64,000 bases of DNA, taken from NCBI GenBank assembly GCA_036307305.1, contig JAXJXV010000021.1, positions 68,276-132,275 of the forward strand, read 5' to 3'. This document shows positions 56,046 to 64,000 of the stretch, piece by piece (position 1 is the first letter of the stretch; the number at the start of each line of letters is the position of its first letter). The position numbers and the translations under genes are program-made. This DNA comes from Acutalibacteraceae bacterium. Lineage in GTDB: Bacteria; Bacillota; Clostridia; Oscillospirales; Acutalibacteraceae. The notes under the pieces are model-generated. The model made no database searches. It worked only from the letters and a program-made list of their open reading frames with translations, and was not told the origin of the DNA.

Positions 56046-56534
56046 ATGAAAAAAATAATATGTGCTTTTATAGGTGTTATATTTCTTTGCGGATGCTCAG
56101 GTGCAAAGCATCCCACCCCAGTAAACAGAAATATTTCCTATAAGGCGCATATTTTTTATTACGGTGAGGAATACGACTGTCTAATAAAGGTGGACTCAAA
56201 TGGTGAGAGCAGCTTTACTCTCACAGGCGGAAGGCTTGACGGATATAACGTAAAATTTGGGCAGGACGGTATAATTCTTTATTATATGGGTAAGGAAAAG
56301 GACGTTACAAATAACTATAAAAAAGACAATATGCTGTCGGTGCTTTACGAGTTCAACGAAAGCCTTTGTGCGCCTGTGAAAACTACAAAAAAAGACGGAC
56401 AGTTTTGTATAAAGGGTGAAACGGTTTCGGGAGAATATGAATATTTTGTTTCGGGAGCGGGACTTCCGTTGTCTCTAAGCCTTGATAACGACGATTTTTA
56501 TGTGGAGTTTTATGATGTAAGCCTTATAAAATAG
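56046..56534 (+). CDS. hypothetical lipoprotein
   Basis: Lipobox FLCGCSG. Confidence 0.55.
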   Translation: MKKIICAFIGVIFLCGCSGAKHPTPVNRNISYKAHIFYYGEEYDCLIKVDSNGESSFTLTGGRLDGYNVKFGQDGIILYYMGKEKDVTNNYKKDNMLSVLYEFNESLCAPVKTTKKDGQFCIKGETVSGEYEYFVSGAGLPLSLSLDNDDFYVEFYDVSLIK

Positions 56535-56677
56535 ATGTTATTTAGTGAATATATTAAAATTTTTTAAAAAATTGAAAATATGTATTTACATAACTGAAGA
56601 AAAGTGTTAAAATGTTAACGTATGAGATTTGTGTAAATCTGCACATTCTCCACCATTATATAAGGGGGATTTTATCC

Positions 56678-59600
56678 ATGGCAAGAAAGTTCAAAACTAT
56701 GGACGGTAATAATGCTGCTGCATACGTATCCTATGCGTTTACAGAAGTAGCAGGTATTTATCCTATTACTCCGTCCAGCCCTATGGCTGACTATACTGAT
56801 ATGTGGGCAGCACAGGGTCTTAAAAACATTTTCGGTACTACCGTAAATGTAGTAGAAATGCAGTCTGAAGCTGGTGCTTCCGGTACTGTACACGGCTCTT
56901 TGGCAGCAGGTGCTCTTACCACCACTTATACTGCTTCTCAGGGTCTTCTCCTTATGATTCCGAATATGTACAAAATCGCCGGTGAGCTTCTTCCCTGCGT
57001 ATTCCACGTATCTGCACGTTGTGTAGCTTCTCACGCGCTTAACATTTTCGGTGATCATTCTGACGTTTATGCTTGTCGTCAGACCGGTTTTGCTATGATG
57101 GCAGAAACCAATACTCAGGAAGTTATGGACCTCGGCGCTGTTGCTCACCTTGCAACTATTGAAGGCAGAGTTCCTTTCATCAACTTCTTCGACGGCTTCC
57201 GTACCTCTCATGAAATTCAGAAGATTCAGGTATGGGATTACGAAGACCTTAAAGAAATGTGCAATATGGATGCTGTTGATGCATTCCGTAAGCGCGCTCT
57301 TAACCCTGAGCGTCCCGTAATGCGCGGTTCTCACCAGAACGGCGATATCTTCTTCCAGAACAGAGAAGCTTGTAACAAGTATTATGATGAGCTTCCCGCT
57401 GTTGTTGAGAAGTATATGGACAAGGTTAATGCAAAGCTTGGCACTGACTATAAACTCTTTAACTACTACGGCGCTGCTGATGCTGAGCGTGTAATCGTAG
57501 CAATGGGCTCTATCTGCGACGTTGCAGAAGAGGTTATTGATTACCTTACCGCTATGGGCGAGAAGGTTGGTCTTGTTAAGGTAAGACTTTACCGTCCTTT
57601 CAGCGCTGCTAAATTCGTAGAGGCTATTCCTGCTACCGCTAAGGCTGTTGCAGTTCTCGACCGTACCAAAGAACCCGGTGCTATCGGTGAGCCTCTCTAT
57701 CTTGACGTTGTATCTGCTCTTGCAGCTACAGGCAGAAAGATTGATACCGTTATCGGCGGCCGTTACGGTCTTGGCTCTAAGGATACTCCTCCTTCAAGCG
57801 TATTTGCTGTATATGAAGAACTCGCTAAGGATGCTCCTAAGGCTCAGTTCACCATCGGTATTAACGATGACGTTACTTATCTCTCTCTTGAAGAAAAACC
57901 CGCTCCTAACACCGCAGCAGAAGGCACTAAGGAATGTAAGTTCTGGGGTCTTGGCGGTGACGGTACTGTTGGTGCTAACAAAGACTCTATCAAGATTATC
58001 GGTGACCATACCGACAAGTACGTACAGGCTTACTTCCAGTACGACTCCAAGAAGACCGGCGGTATTACTATATCCCATCTTCGTTTCGGTGACGCTCCTA
58101 TCAAGAGCCCTTACTACATCAATAAGGCTGACTTCGTTGCTTGTCACAACCCCTCTTACGTAACCAAGGGTTACAAGATGGTTAATGACGTTAAACCCGG
58201 CGGTACTTTCCTTATTAACTGTCAGTGGACTCCTGAAGAGCTTGACCATCATATGCCTGCTGAGGCTAAGCGTTATATCGCTAACAACAACATTAATCTT
58301 TACACAGTAAACGCTATTGACCTTGCTGCCGAAATCGGTCTTGGTAAGCGTACCAACACTGTTCTTCAGTCTGCATTCTTTGCACTTTCCGGTGTGCTTC
58401 CAAGAGAAGATGCTATCGGTTATATGAAAGAAAAAGCTCAGAAGTTTATGAAGAAGGGTAAAGAAATCGTTGAGATGAACGAAAAGGCTATTGATGCCGG
58501 TGCTAATGCATACGTTAAAATCGACGTTCCTGCTGAGTGGGCAAATGCTGTTGACACTGCCGCTACAGAGGTTGCTGAAGATTCTTCTAAGCTCGTTAAG
58601 ATGGTAGAAAAGGTTATGAAGCCCGTTGCTCTTATGGACGGCGACGCGCTGCCTGTATCTGCTTTCGTTGACCACGCTGACGGTACCTTTGAACAGGGCG
58701 CATCTGCTTTTGAAAAGCGCGGTGTTGCTGTTATGGTTCCCGCTTGGAATAATGAAACCTGCGTAGGCTGTAACAAGTGTGCTTACGTATGTCCTCACGC
58801 TACTATCCGTCCTTTCGCTCTTTCTGCTGAAGAAAAGGCTGCTGCTCCTGCACAGACCAAGATTGCAGTTAAGGAAAAGGGTGTTACCAATAAGGGTTAC
58901 TCCTATACTCTCGCAGTATCTCCTATGGATTGTATGGGCTGCGGCGTTTGTATCGGCGAATGTCCTACAAAATCTCTTACTATGGTTGCTACCGAATCTC
59001 AGCTTGCTGAACAGGAAGTATTTGATTACTGCGTAGCTAACGTAACTGAAAAGGCTGACGTTGCAGGTGACGCTAACGTTATCGCTTCTCAGTTCAAGAA
59101 GCCATTACTCGAGTTCTCAGGTTCTTGCGCAGGTTGTGCAGAAACCGCTTATGCTCGTCTCGTTACACAGCTCTTCGGTGACAGAATGTACATCTCCAAC
59201 GCTACAGGTTGTTCTTCTATCTGGGGCGGTCCTGCTGCTACATCTCCTTACACTGTAGATGCTAACGGTCACGGTCCTGCTTGGGCTAACTCTCTCTTCG
59301 AAGATAATGCTGAGCATGGTCTTGGTATGTATCTCGGTCAGAAGGCAATTCGTGACAGACTTATTGCACAGATTAAGGAAATGGCTGCTTCTGATAAGGC
59401 TTCCGCTGAGTTTAAGACTGCTGCTGAAAACTTCCTTAACACTGCAAACGACGGTAAGGCAAACGGTGCTGCTGCTGAGGCTCTTCTCGTAGAAGTAGAG
59501 AAGGCTGCAAATGCAGGTTGTCCTACTGCTCCTGAAATTCTTGCTAACAAAGAATTCCTCACCAAGAAGTCTGTATGGATTTTCGGTGGTGACGGTTGGG

Positions 59601-60223
59601 CTTATGATATCGGATTTGGCGGTCTTGACCACGTTCTTGCTAGTGGTAACGACGTAAACGTAATGGTATTCGATACCGAGGTTTACTCCAACACCGGCGG
59701 TCAGGCTTCTAAGGCTTCTCAGATTGGTCAGGTTGCACAGTTCGCTGCTGCAGGTAAGGCTATCGCTAAGAAGAGCCTTGCTGAAATCGCAATGTCTTAC
59801 GGTTACATTTATGTAGCTCAGATTGCTATGGGCGCTGACCAGAATCAGACCTTAAAGGCAATCCGTGAAGCTGAGGCTTATCCAGGACCTTCTCTTGTTA
59901 TCTGCTATGCTCCTTGCGAAATGCACAGCATTAAGGGCGGTATGGTTAACTGTCAGAAGGAAATGAAGAAGGCTGTTGATTGCGGTTACTGGAATATGTT
60001 CCGCTTTAATCCTGCTCTTAAGGCTGAGGGCAAGAACCCATTCAGTCTTGACAGTAAGCCTGCTACCGGCGACTACAAGGAATTCCTCCTTGGCGAAGCT
60101 CGTTACGCTTCTCTTACCCGTTCATTCCCCGAGCGCGCTGAAGAACTCTTTGACAAGGCAGCTGAAACTGCTAAGGCAAACAGAGCTCATCTTGAAAAGC
60201 TCGTAGAACTCTACGGTAAATAA
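56678..60223 (+). CDS. nifJ: pyruvate:ferredoxin (flavodoxin) oxidoreductase
   Basis: MDGNNAAAYVSYAFTEVAGIYPITPSS, two ferredoxin clusters (CVGCNKCAYVCP and CMGCGVCIGECP), and the TPP site GGDGWAYDIGFGG. The start is MARKF at 56678, with RBS aaggggg. Confidence 0.95.
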   Translation: MARKFKTMDGNNAAAYVSYAFTEVAGIYPITPSSPMADYTDMWAAQGLKNIFGTTVNVVEMQSEAGASGTVHGSLAAGALTTTYTASQGLLLMIPNMYKIAGELLPCVFHVSARCVASHALNIFGDHSDVYACRQTGFAMMAETNTQEVMDLGAVAHLATIEGRVPFINFFDGFRTSHEIQKIQVWDYEDLKEMCNMDAVDAFRKRALNPERPVMRGSHQNGDIFFQNREACNKYYDELPAVVEKYMDKVNAKLGTDYKLFNYYGAADAERVIVAMGSICDVAEEVIDYLTAMGEKVGLVKVRLYRPFSAAKFVEAIPATAKAVAVLDRTKEPGAIGEPLYLDVVSALAATGRKIDTVIGGRYGLGSKDTPPSSVFAVYEELAKDAPKAQFTIGINDDVTYLSLEEKPAPNTAAEGTKECKFWGLGGDGTVGANKDSIKIIGDHTDKYVQAYFQYDSKKTGGITISHLRFGDAPIKSPYYINKADFVACHNPSYVTKGYKMVNDVKPGGTFLINCQWTPEELDHHMPAEAKRYIANNNINLYTVNAIDLAAEIGLGKRTNTVLQSAFFALSGVLPREDAIGYMKEKAQKFMKKGKEIVEMNEKAIDAGANAYVKIDVPAEWANAVDTAATEVAEDSSKLVKMVEKVMKPVALMDGDALPVSAFVDHADGTFEQGASAFEKRGVAVMVPAWNNETCVGCNKCAYVCPHATIRPFALSAEEKAAAPAQTKIAVKEKGVTNKGYSYTLAVSPMDCMGCGVCIGECPTKSLTMVATESQLAEQEVFDYCVANVTEKADVAGDANVIASQFKKPLLEFSGSCAGCAETAYARLVTQLFGDRMYISNATGCSSIWGGPAATSPYTVDANGHGPAWANSLFEDNAEHGLGMYLGQKAIRDRLIAQIKEMAASDKASAEFKTAAENFLNTANDGKANGAAAEALLVEVEKAANAGCPTAPEILANKEFLTKKSVWIFGGDGWAYDIGFGGLDHVLASGNDVNVMVFDTEVYSNTGGQASKASQIGQVAQFAAAGKAIAKKSLAEIAMSYGYIYVAQIAMGADQNQTLKAIREAEAYPGPSLVICYAPCEMHSIKGGMVNCQKEMKKAVDCGYWNMFRFNPALKAEGKNPFSLDSKPATGDYKEFLLGEARYASLTRSFPERAEELFDKAAETAKANRAHLEKLVELYGK

Positions 60224-60237
60224 TTAAACCTATAAAA

Positions 60238-60298
60238 AGCGAGGTCAGGAAACTGACCTCGCTTCAGACTGTAGACAATCGTTGATTGTCTTTTTTTT
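60238..60298 (+). terminator. tandem terminator hairpins
   Basis: aagcgaggtcag-gaaa-ctgacctcgctt, then agacaatc-gtt-gattgtct followed by ttttttt. Confidence 0.8.
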
Positions 60299-60397
60299 AC
60301 TTTTATATTTATGTTGTATATTTAAAAAAACATTATAATAGAAGTATAAACATCAGTAAGGGGGAAGGGGTACTTAGCTTGTACTCTTAAGGTAACT

Positions 60398-61207
60398 ATG
60401 AGTATTGGTGAATTTTTCGGATTTGGCGGATATACACGGCAGGCAGAGGGATATATGTCTTGGCAACACTTGTTGTTCGTTTCCGTTCTTACGGCAGTTA
60501 TGATTTTTTGCGCGGTTATTATTGGAAAAAAGCGTAAAAATTCAAGTGTAAAAAATAAAAATCGTGTGCTTATAGTATCGGCGTTTTTAATTGACGGCTT
60601 TGAAATAGCGAAAATAATTATACAGTGCTTCAGAAGTCATAATGCTTTAGATTGGCTTTATGAGCTTCCTTTGTTCCTTTGCAGTATACAGCTTATCACT
60701 ATTCCTTTGGCAGCGTTTTCTAAAGGAAGGATTAAGGAAGCTTCTCTTGATTTCGTTACTGTTTTCGGTTTGCTTGGCGCAATACTCGGTACATATTTCG
60801 CAGGAAATAATTATTCCGTTTATCCTGTGCTGTCTGTTGATAATGTTTTTTCAGGAATTACACACTGTATTTCGGGTTTTGTATCTCTGTATGTTATTAT
60901 ATCGGGTATGGTAAGTATGAAAAAGCGAAACATCGGTATAACCGTGGGAATTCTTTCGGGATTTTGCGTTGCGGCTTACGTTGCGAACCTGATACTTGAT
61001 TACAATTATATGTTCCTTTTCAGAGGGGACGGAACACCCTATGATATTATTTATAATCTTGTGAACGGCAATAAGGTGGCTTATCCCATTTTGGTAGTGC
61101 TGTTGTTCGTTGTCTATATAATTGCTTATTACAGTATATTCTATAGCATACAAAAGAAAGGAAATAATCCAAAACAGAAAGAAAAGGAGCTTTTGGAGGT
61201 TAAATAA
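60398..61207 (+). CDS. integral membrane protein (YwaF/TIGR02206-like, from memory)
   Basis: 269 aa with about 7 TM helices. Confidence 0.5.
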   Translation: MSIGEFFGFGGYTRQAEGYMSWQHLLFVSVLTAVMIFCAVIIGKKRKNSSVKNKNRVLIVSAFLIDGFEIAKIIIQCFRSHNALDWLYELPLFLCSIQLITIPLAAFSKGRIKEASLDFVTVFGLLGAILGTYFAGNNYSVYPVLSVDNVFSGITHCISGFVSLYVIISGMVSMKKRNIGITVGILSGFCVAAYVANLILDYNYMFLFRGDGTPYDIIYNLVNGNKVAYPILVVLLFVVYIIAYYSIFYSIQKKGNNPKQKEKELLEVK

Positions 61208-61899
61208 TGAAACAAAGGCGAAGGGTAGTTTTTATATGTATATTCATTATCCTGTTGGCTGTCATTTTACTGTTGCTGGAATATTTTAATTTACTGCCTA
61301 AAAAAACCTATACCAATGCAGATTTTGGAATAGAAACTGTTTACAGCAGTGTGGATTATAACGATAACGGAATTGATGATTATAAAGATATTATGCTTGG
61401 CGCAAGAAAGGATGCTCAAAACCATCCCAAGTATGACCCTGCTTACATAGACGGAGGATATCCTGCAGATAATAAGGGCGTCTGCTCTGACGTTGTGTGG
61501 AGAGCCTTTAAAAATGCAGGTTACTGTCTTAAAGATATGGTGGACAACGATATAGAAAAAAGGCTTGACGACTATTCTGATGTAACTGCGCCTGACAAAA
61601 ATATTGATTTTCGCAGAGTGAAAAATTTGCGGGTATTTTTTGAGGAGTACGCTATAGAGCTTACAACCGATATTGACGATATTTCTCAGTGGCAGGCGGG
61701 AGATATTGTGATTTTCGGCAACGATAAGCATATAGGTATAATTTCAGATAAGAGAAACAAAAACGGACAGCCCTATGTAATACATAATGGGGGACAGCCG
61801 AATAGGGAAGAGGATTATCTTCCGAAATCAAAGGTGACGGGACATTACCGCTTTGATGCATCAAAAGTGAATGAGGAAATTTTAAAAGAATGGAAATAA
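61207..61899 (+). CDS. DUF1287-like secreted or anchored protein
   Basis: N-terminal TM anchor. GVCSDVVWRAFKNAGY...DFRRVKNL...GDIVIFG...HIGII is the DUF1287 pattern, from memory. Confidence 0.55.
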   Translation: MKQRRRVVFICIFIILLAVILLLLEYFNLLPKKTYTNADFGIETVYSSVDYNDNGIDDYKDIMLGARKDAQNHPKYDPAYIDGGYPADNKGVCSDVVWRAFKNAGYCLKDMVDNDIEKRLDDYSDVTAPDKNIDFRRVKNLRVFFEEYAIELTTDIDDISQWQAGDIVIFGNDKHIGIISDKRNKNGQPYVIHNGGQPNREEDYLPKSKVTGHYRFDASKVNEEILKEWK

Positions 61900-61933
61900 A
61901 ATAACGCTATTCCAATAAGGAATAGCGTTATTT

Positions 61934-62614
61934 CTATTCTTCAAGTTGCCAGTCTATAGGGGTAAGTCCGTTTTTAATCAGAAGCTCGTTGGTTTTAGAA
62001 AAGTGCTTACAGCCGAAAAAACCGCGGTAAGCTGAGAGAGGACTTGGATGAGGACAAGTAAGCTTGATATGAATAGGGTTAGTAATAATCTGCGCCTTTT
62101 GCTTTGCAGGAGAACCCCATAACAAGAAAATTACAGGGGTTTTCTTTTTGTTTAGCTCACTTATTACTTTGTCTGTGAACATTTCCCAGCCCATACCCTT
62201 GTGAGAGTTAGCCTGACCGCGACGCACTGTAAGAACGGTGTTAAGCATAAGTACGCCTTGCTCTGCCCATTTTGTGAGCTGTCCGTGAGAAACAGGCTTA
62301 AAGCCGATATCGTCAGACAGTTCCTTGTATATGTTTTGCAGTGATGGGGGAGGTTGTACGCCCTTTAAAACCGAAAAGCAAAGACCGTGCGCCTGATTAG
62401 GCTCGTGATACGGGTCCTGTCCTAAAATGACCACCTTTGTATCCTTAAAGGATGAGCTTTTGAGGGCAGTGAAAATATCGTGCATATTGGGATATATAGT
62501 TTTGGTTTTATATTCTTCCTTTAAAAATTCTCTGAGCTTTAAATAATACGGTTTACTGAATTCATCCTTTAGTATTTCGTCCCAGTCATTTCCCAAATGT
62601 ACCATTAGCTTCAA
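61934..62614 (-). CDS. ung: uracil-DNA glycosylase (family 1)
   Basis: VVILGQDPYH (catalytic water-activating loop), GVLMLNTVLTV and HPSPLSA. Confidence 0.95.
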   Translation of the reverse strand: MKLMVHLGNDWDEILKDEFSKPYYLKLREFLKEEYKTKTIYPNMHDIFTALKSSSFKDTKVVILGQDPYHEPNQAHGLCFSVLKGVQPPPSLQNIYKELSDDIGFKPVSHGQLTKWAEQGVLMLNTVLTVRRGQANSHKGMGWEMFTDKVISELNKKKTPVIFLLWGSPAKQKAQIITNPIHIKLTCPHPSPLSAYRGFFGCKHFSKTNELLIKNGLTPIDWQLEE

Positions 62615-62807
62615 CTCCTTGAATATATATTAGCATATTCGATTAAAAAAAACAAGAAAACAAGTAAATTCTACTGACGGTAGAGTCGGATTTTGCGGCG
62701 GTAGAGAGGCATATTTTTACAGTAGAAACAAAAAATATGACAGTAGGTTGAGTTTCTGCTTTCTGACGGATATGATGATAAGGAACTAAATTTCGAAGGA
62801 GAAAATT

Positions 62808-63695
62808 ATGAGCAATTTTATTTTAAGTGGTTCTTCAACTGCTGATATTTCAAGAGAACATTTTGAAAAAAGAAATATACATTTTGTATGTTTTAAATTT
62901 ACTTTAGGTAGTGATACCTATGCTGATGATTTGGGGCAGAGCGTTCCCTTTAAGACCTTTTATAAAAGAATGGTTGATGGGGATAACACAAAGACCTCGC
63001 AGGTAAACGTAGATGAATATATGGATTTTTTCAGAGGCTTTTTAAGTCAGGGCAAGGATATACTTCATCTTGAGCTTTCCTCAGGACTTTCGGGTAGCTT
63101 TAATTCCGCCCGTAATGCCGCCGATATTTTAAGAGATGAGTTTCCCGACAGAAAGATTTATATTGTGGATTCCTTGGGCGCGTCTTCAGGCTTCGGACTT
63201 TTCCTTGATAAACTTGCTGACCTTAGAGATGAGGGCAAAAGCATTGATGAAATCAAAGAGTGGGCAGAAGAAAACCGCCTTAATCTGCACCACTGGTTTT
63301 TCTCCACCGACCTTACTTTCTACGTAAAAGGCGGCAGAGTTTCAAAGGTTTCGGGATTTTTCGGCGGTATGCTTGGTATTTGTCCACTTCTCAATATGAA
63401 TCATTTAGGTAAGCTTATTGCAAGAGAAAAAATCCGTTCCAAGCGTAAGGTTATTGAAACTATAGTTGATAAAATGGAAAAACACGCGCAAAACGGACTT
63501 GATTATGCAGATAAATGCTATATATGTCATTCGGACTGCATAGAAGATGCTACGGCTGTGAAGATTCTCGTTGAGGAACGTTTCCCACATCTTAAAGGGG
63601 AAGTTGAAATTAACTGGATAGGCACGACAATAGGAAGTCACACAGGCCCGGGAACAGTTGCGCTGTTCTTTTGGGGAGATAAGAGAGTAGACTAA
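62808..63695 (+). CDS. DegV-family fatty-acid-binding protein
   Basis: SGSSTADIS...TSQVNVDEYMDFF...LSSGLSGSFNSA...IVDSLGAS is the DegV pattern. Confidence 0.85.
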   Translation: MSNFILSGSSTADISREHFEKRNIHFVCFKFTLGSDTYADDLGQSVPFKTFYKRMVDGDNTKTSQVNVDEYMDFFRGFLSQGKDILHLELSSGLSGSFNSARNAADILRDEFPDRKIYIVDSLGASSGFGLFLDKLADLRDEGKSIDEIKEWAEENRLNLHHWFFSTDLTFYVKGGRVSKVSGFFGGMLGICPLLNMNHLGKLIAREKIRSKRKVIETIVDKMEKHAQNGLDYADKCYICHSDCIEDATAVKILVEERFPHLKGEVEINWIGTTIGSHTGPGTVALFFWGDKRVD

Positions 63696-63707
63696 AATAT
63701 AATAATA

Positions 63708-63740
63708 AACCCCTCGAATGTTTATATTCGAGGGGTTTAA
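63708..63740. terminator. bidirectional terminator
   Basis: aaacccctcgaa-tgtttata-ttcgaggggttt. Confidence 0.8.
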
Positions 63741-63754
63741 ATATTTATGTATGA

Positions 63755-63982
63755 TTATTTGTTTTTAATCCATACTGCAGCAAAGTTTTCATTCTCGCCG
63801 TAAAGCTTACCGCAACTTGCGTAGTCACAAAGCTTTATTTGTCCTTTTTTCGTTTTTGCATTTACTGTCAGCATACAGTTAAATTCGTTTTCTGTTTCTG
63901 TTATCTCAGCCAAACCGTTGTTGTCTATAATCTCTGCAGGAACAGACAGGTCATAACCGAATCTTGAATCCTGTGCCAACAT
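63755..63982 (-). CDS. hypothetical small protein
   Basis: 75 aa. The RBS aagagagg lies 8 nt upstream of the ATG at 63982. Confidence 0.45.
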   Translation of the reverse strand: MLAQDSRFGYDLSVPAEIIDNNGLAEITETENEFNCMLTVNAKTKKGQIKLCDYASCGKLYGENENFAAVWIKNK

Positions 63983-64000
63983 AAGAGGACCTCTCTTTAA

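Noticed and set aside
57794-58798. A 334-aa minus-strand ORF, together with 56672..57334, 59117..59632 and 58438..58776, all inside the PFOR gene.
   Set aside because: They are antisense shadow ORFs inside a strongly conserved 1181-aa gene. Their composition is low-complexity and Ser/Thr/Val-rich, they have no RBS, and they show no motifs.

Overview
The window looks like a low-GC Firmicutes (Clostridia-like) chromosome. Supporting signs are Gram-positive style GGAGG ribosome-binding sites, a T-box leader, a glgBCDA operon that includes glgD, and pyruvate:ferredoxin oxidoreductase. It divides into two parts.

(1) Bases 1 to about 18300 are a composite integrated mobile region.
- It carries the C-terminal end of one large serine recombinase (1..387) and a second large serine recombinase (14685..16439) interrupted by an in-frame TAG.
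- Three copies of an att-like sequence lie at 363..399, 895..950 and 17868..17928.
- It has a ParB-like/PC4-like module preceded by a degenerate array of roughly 62-bp repeats, plus TnpV-like and XRE/HipB-like genes.
- The most interesting part is a visibly AT-rich block on the minus strand (3399..12162) made of defence-type genes:
  - an orphan AbiEi-like regulator;
  - a tightly packed five-gene operon: small coiled-coil protein, NucS-like PD-(D/E)xK nuclease with a DUF5655-like tail, single-HKD PLD nuclease with an extra C-terminal domain, a Dam-like methyltransferase and a beta-class N6/N4 methyltransferase;
  - an unannotated 24-codon micro-ORF joined by an ATGA overlap to a 419-aa protein that ends in a two-helix membrane hairpin and that I cannot place in any family;
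  - a Kiwa-like pair: a 4-TM protein overlapping a 310-aa protein.
- A GH29 alpha-L-fucosidase with a 63-bp tandem duplication of its promoter and start codon sits between the broken recombinase and the last att-like site.

(2) Bases about 18300 to 64000 are ordinary core genome.
- Cell-envelope glycopolymer genes: an LTA-synthase-like protein, a YidC-TagF-like fusion, GtrA and a GT2 glycosyltransferase.
- Sugar and general metabolism: fucO, a GH2 beta-galactosidase, rplM-rpsI, a sodium symporter, a GH130 phosphorylase-like gene and glgBCDA.
- uppP, and a Trp T-box leader in front of a standalone trpB.
- mtaB, a PqqD-like/ABC/lipoprotein operon, nnr, PFOR, ung and degV.

All family assignments come from reading motifs by eye; no database search was run. 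Hairpin and motif coordinates were counted by hand and may be off by 1-2 nt.
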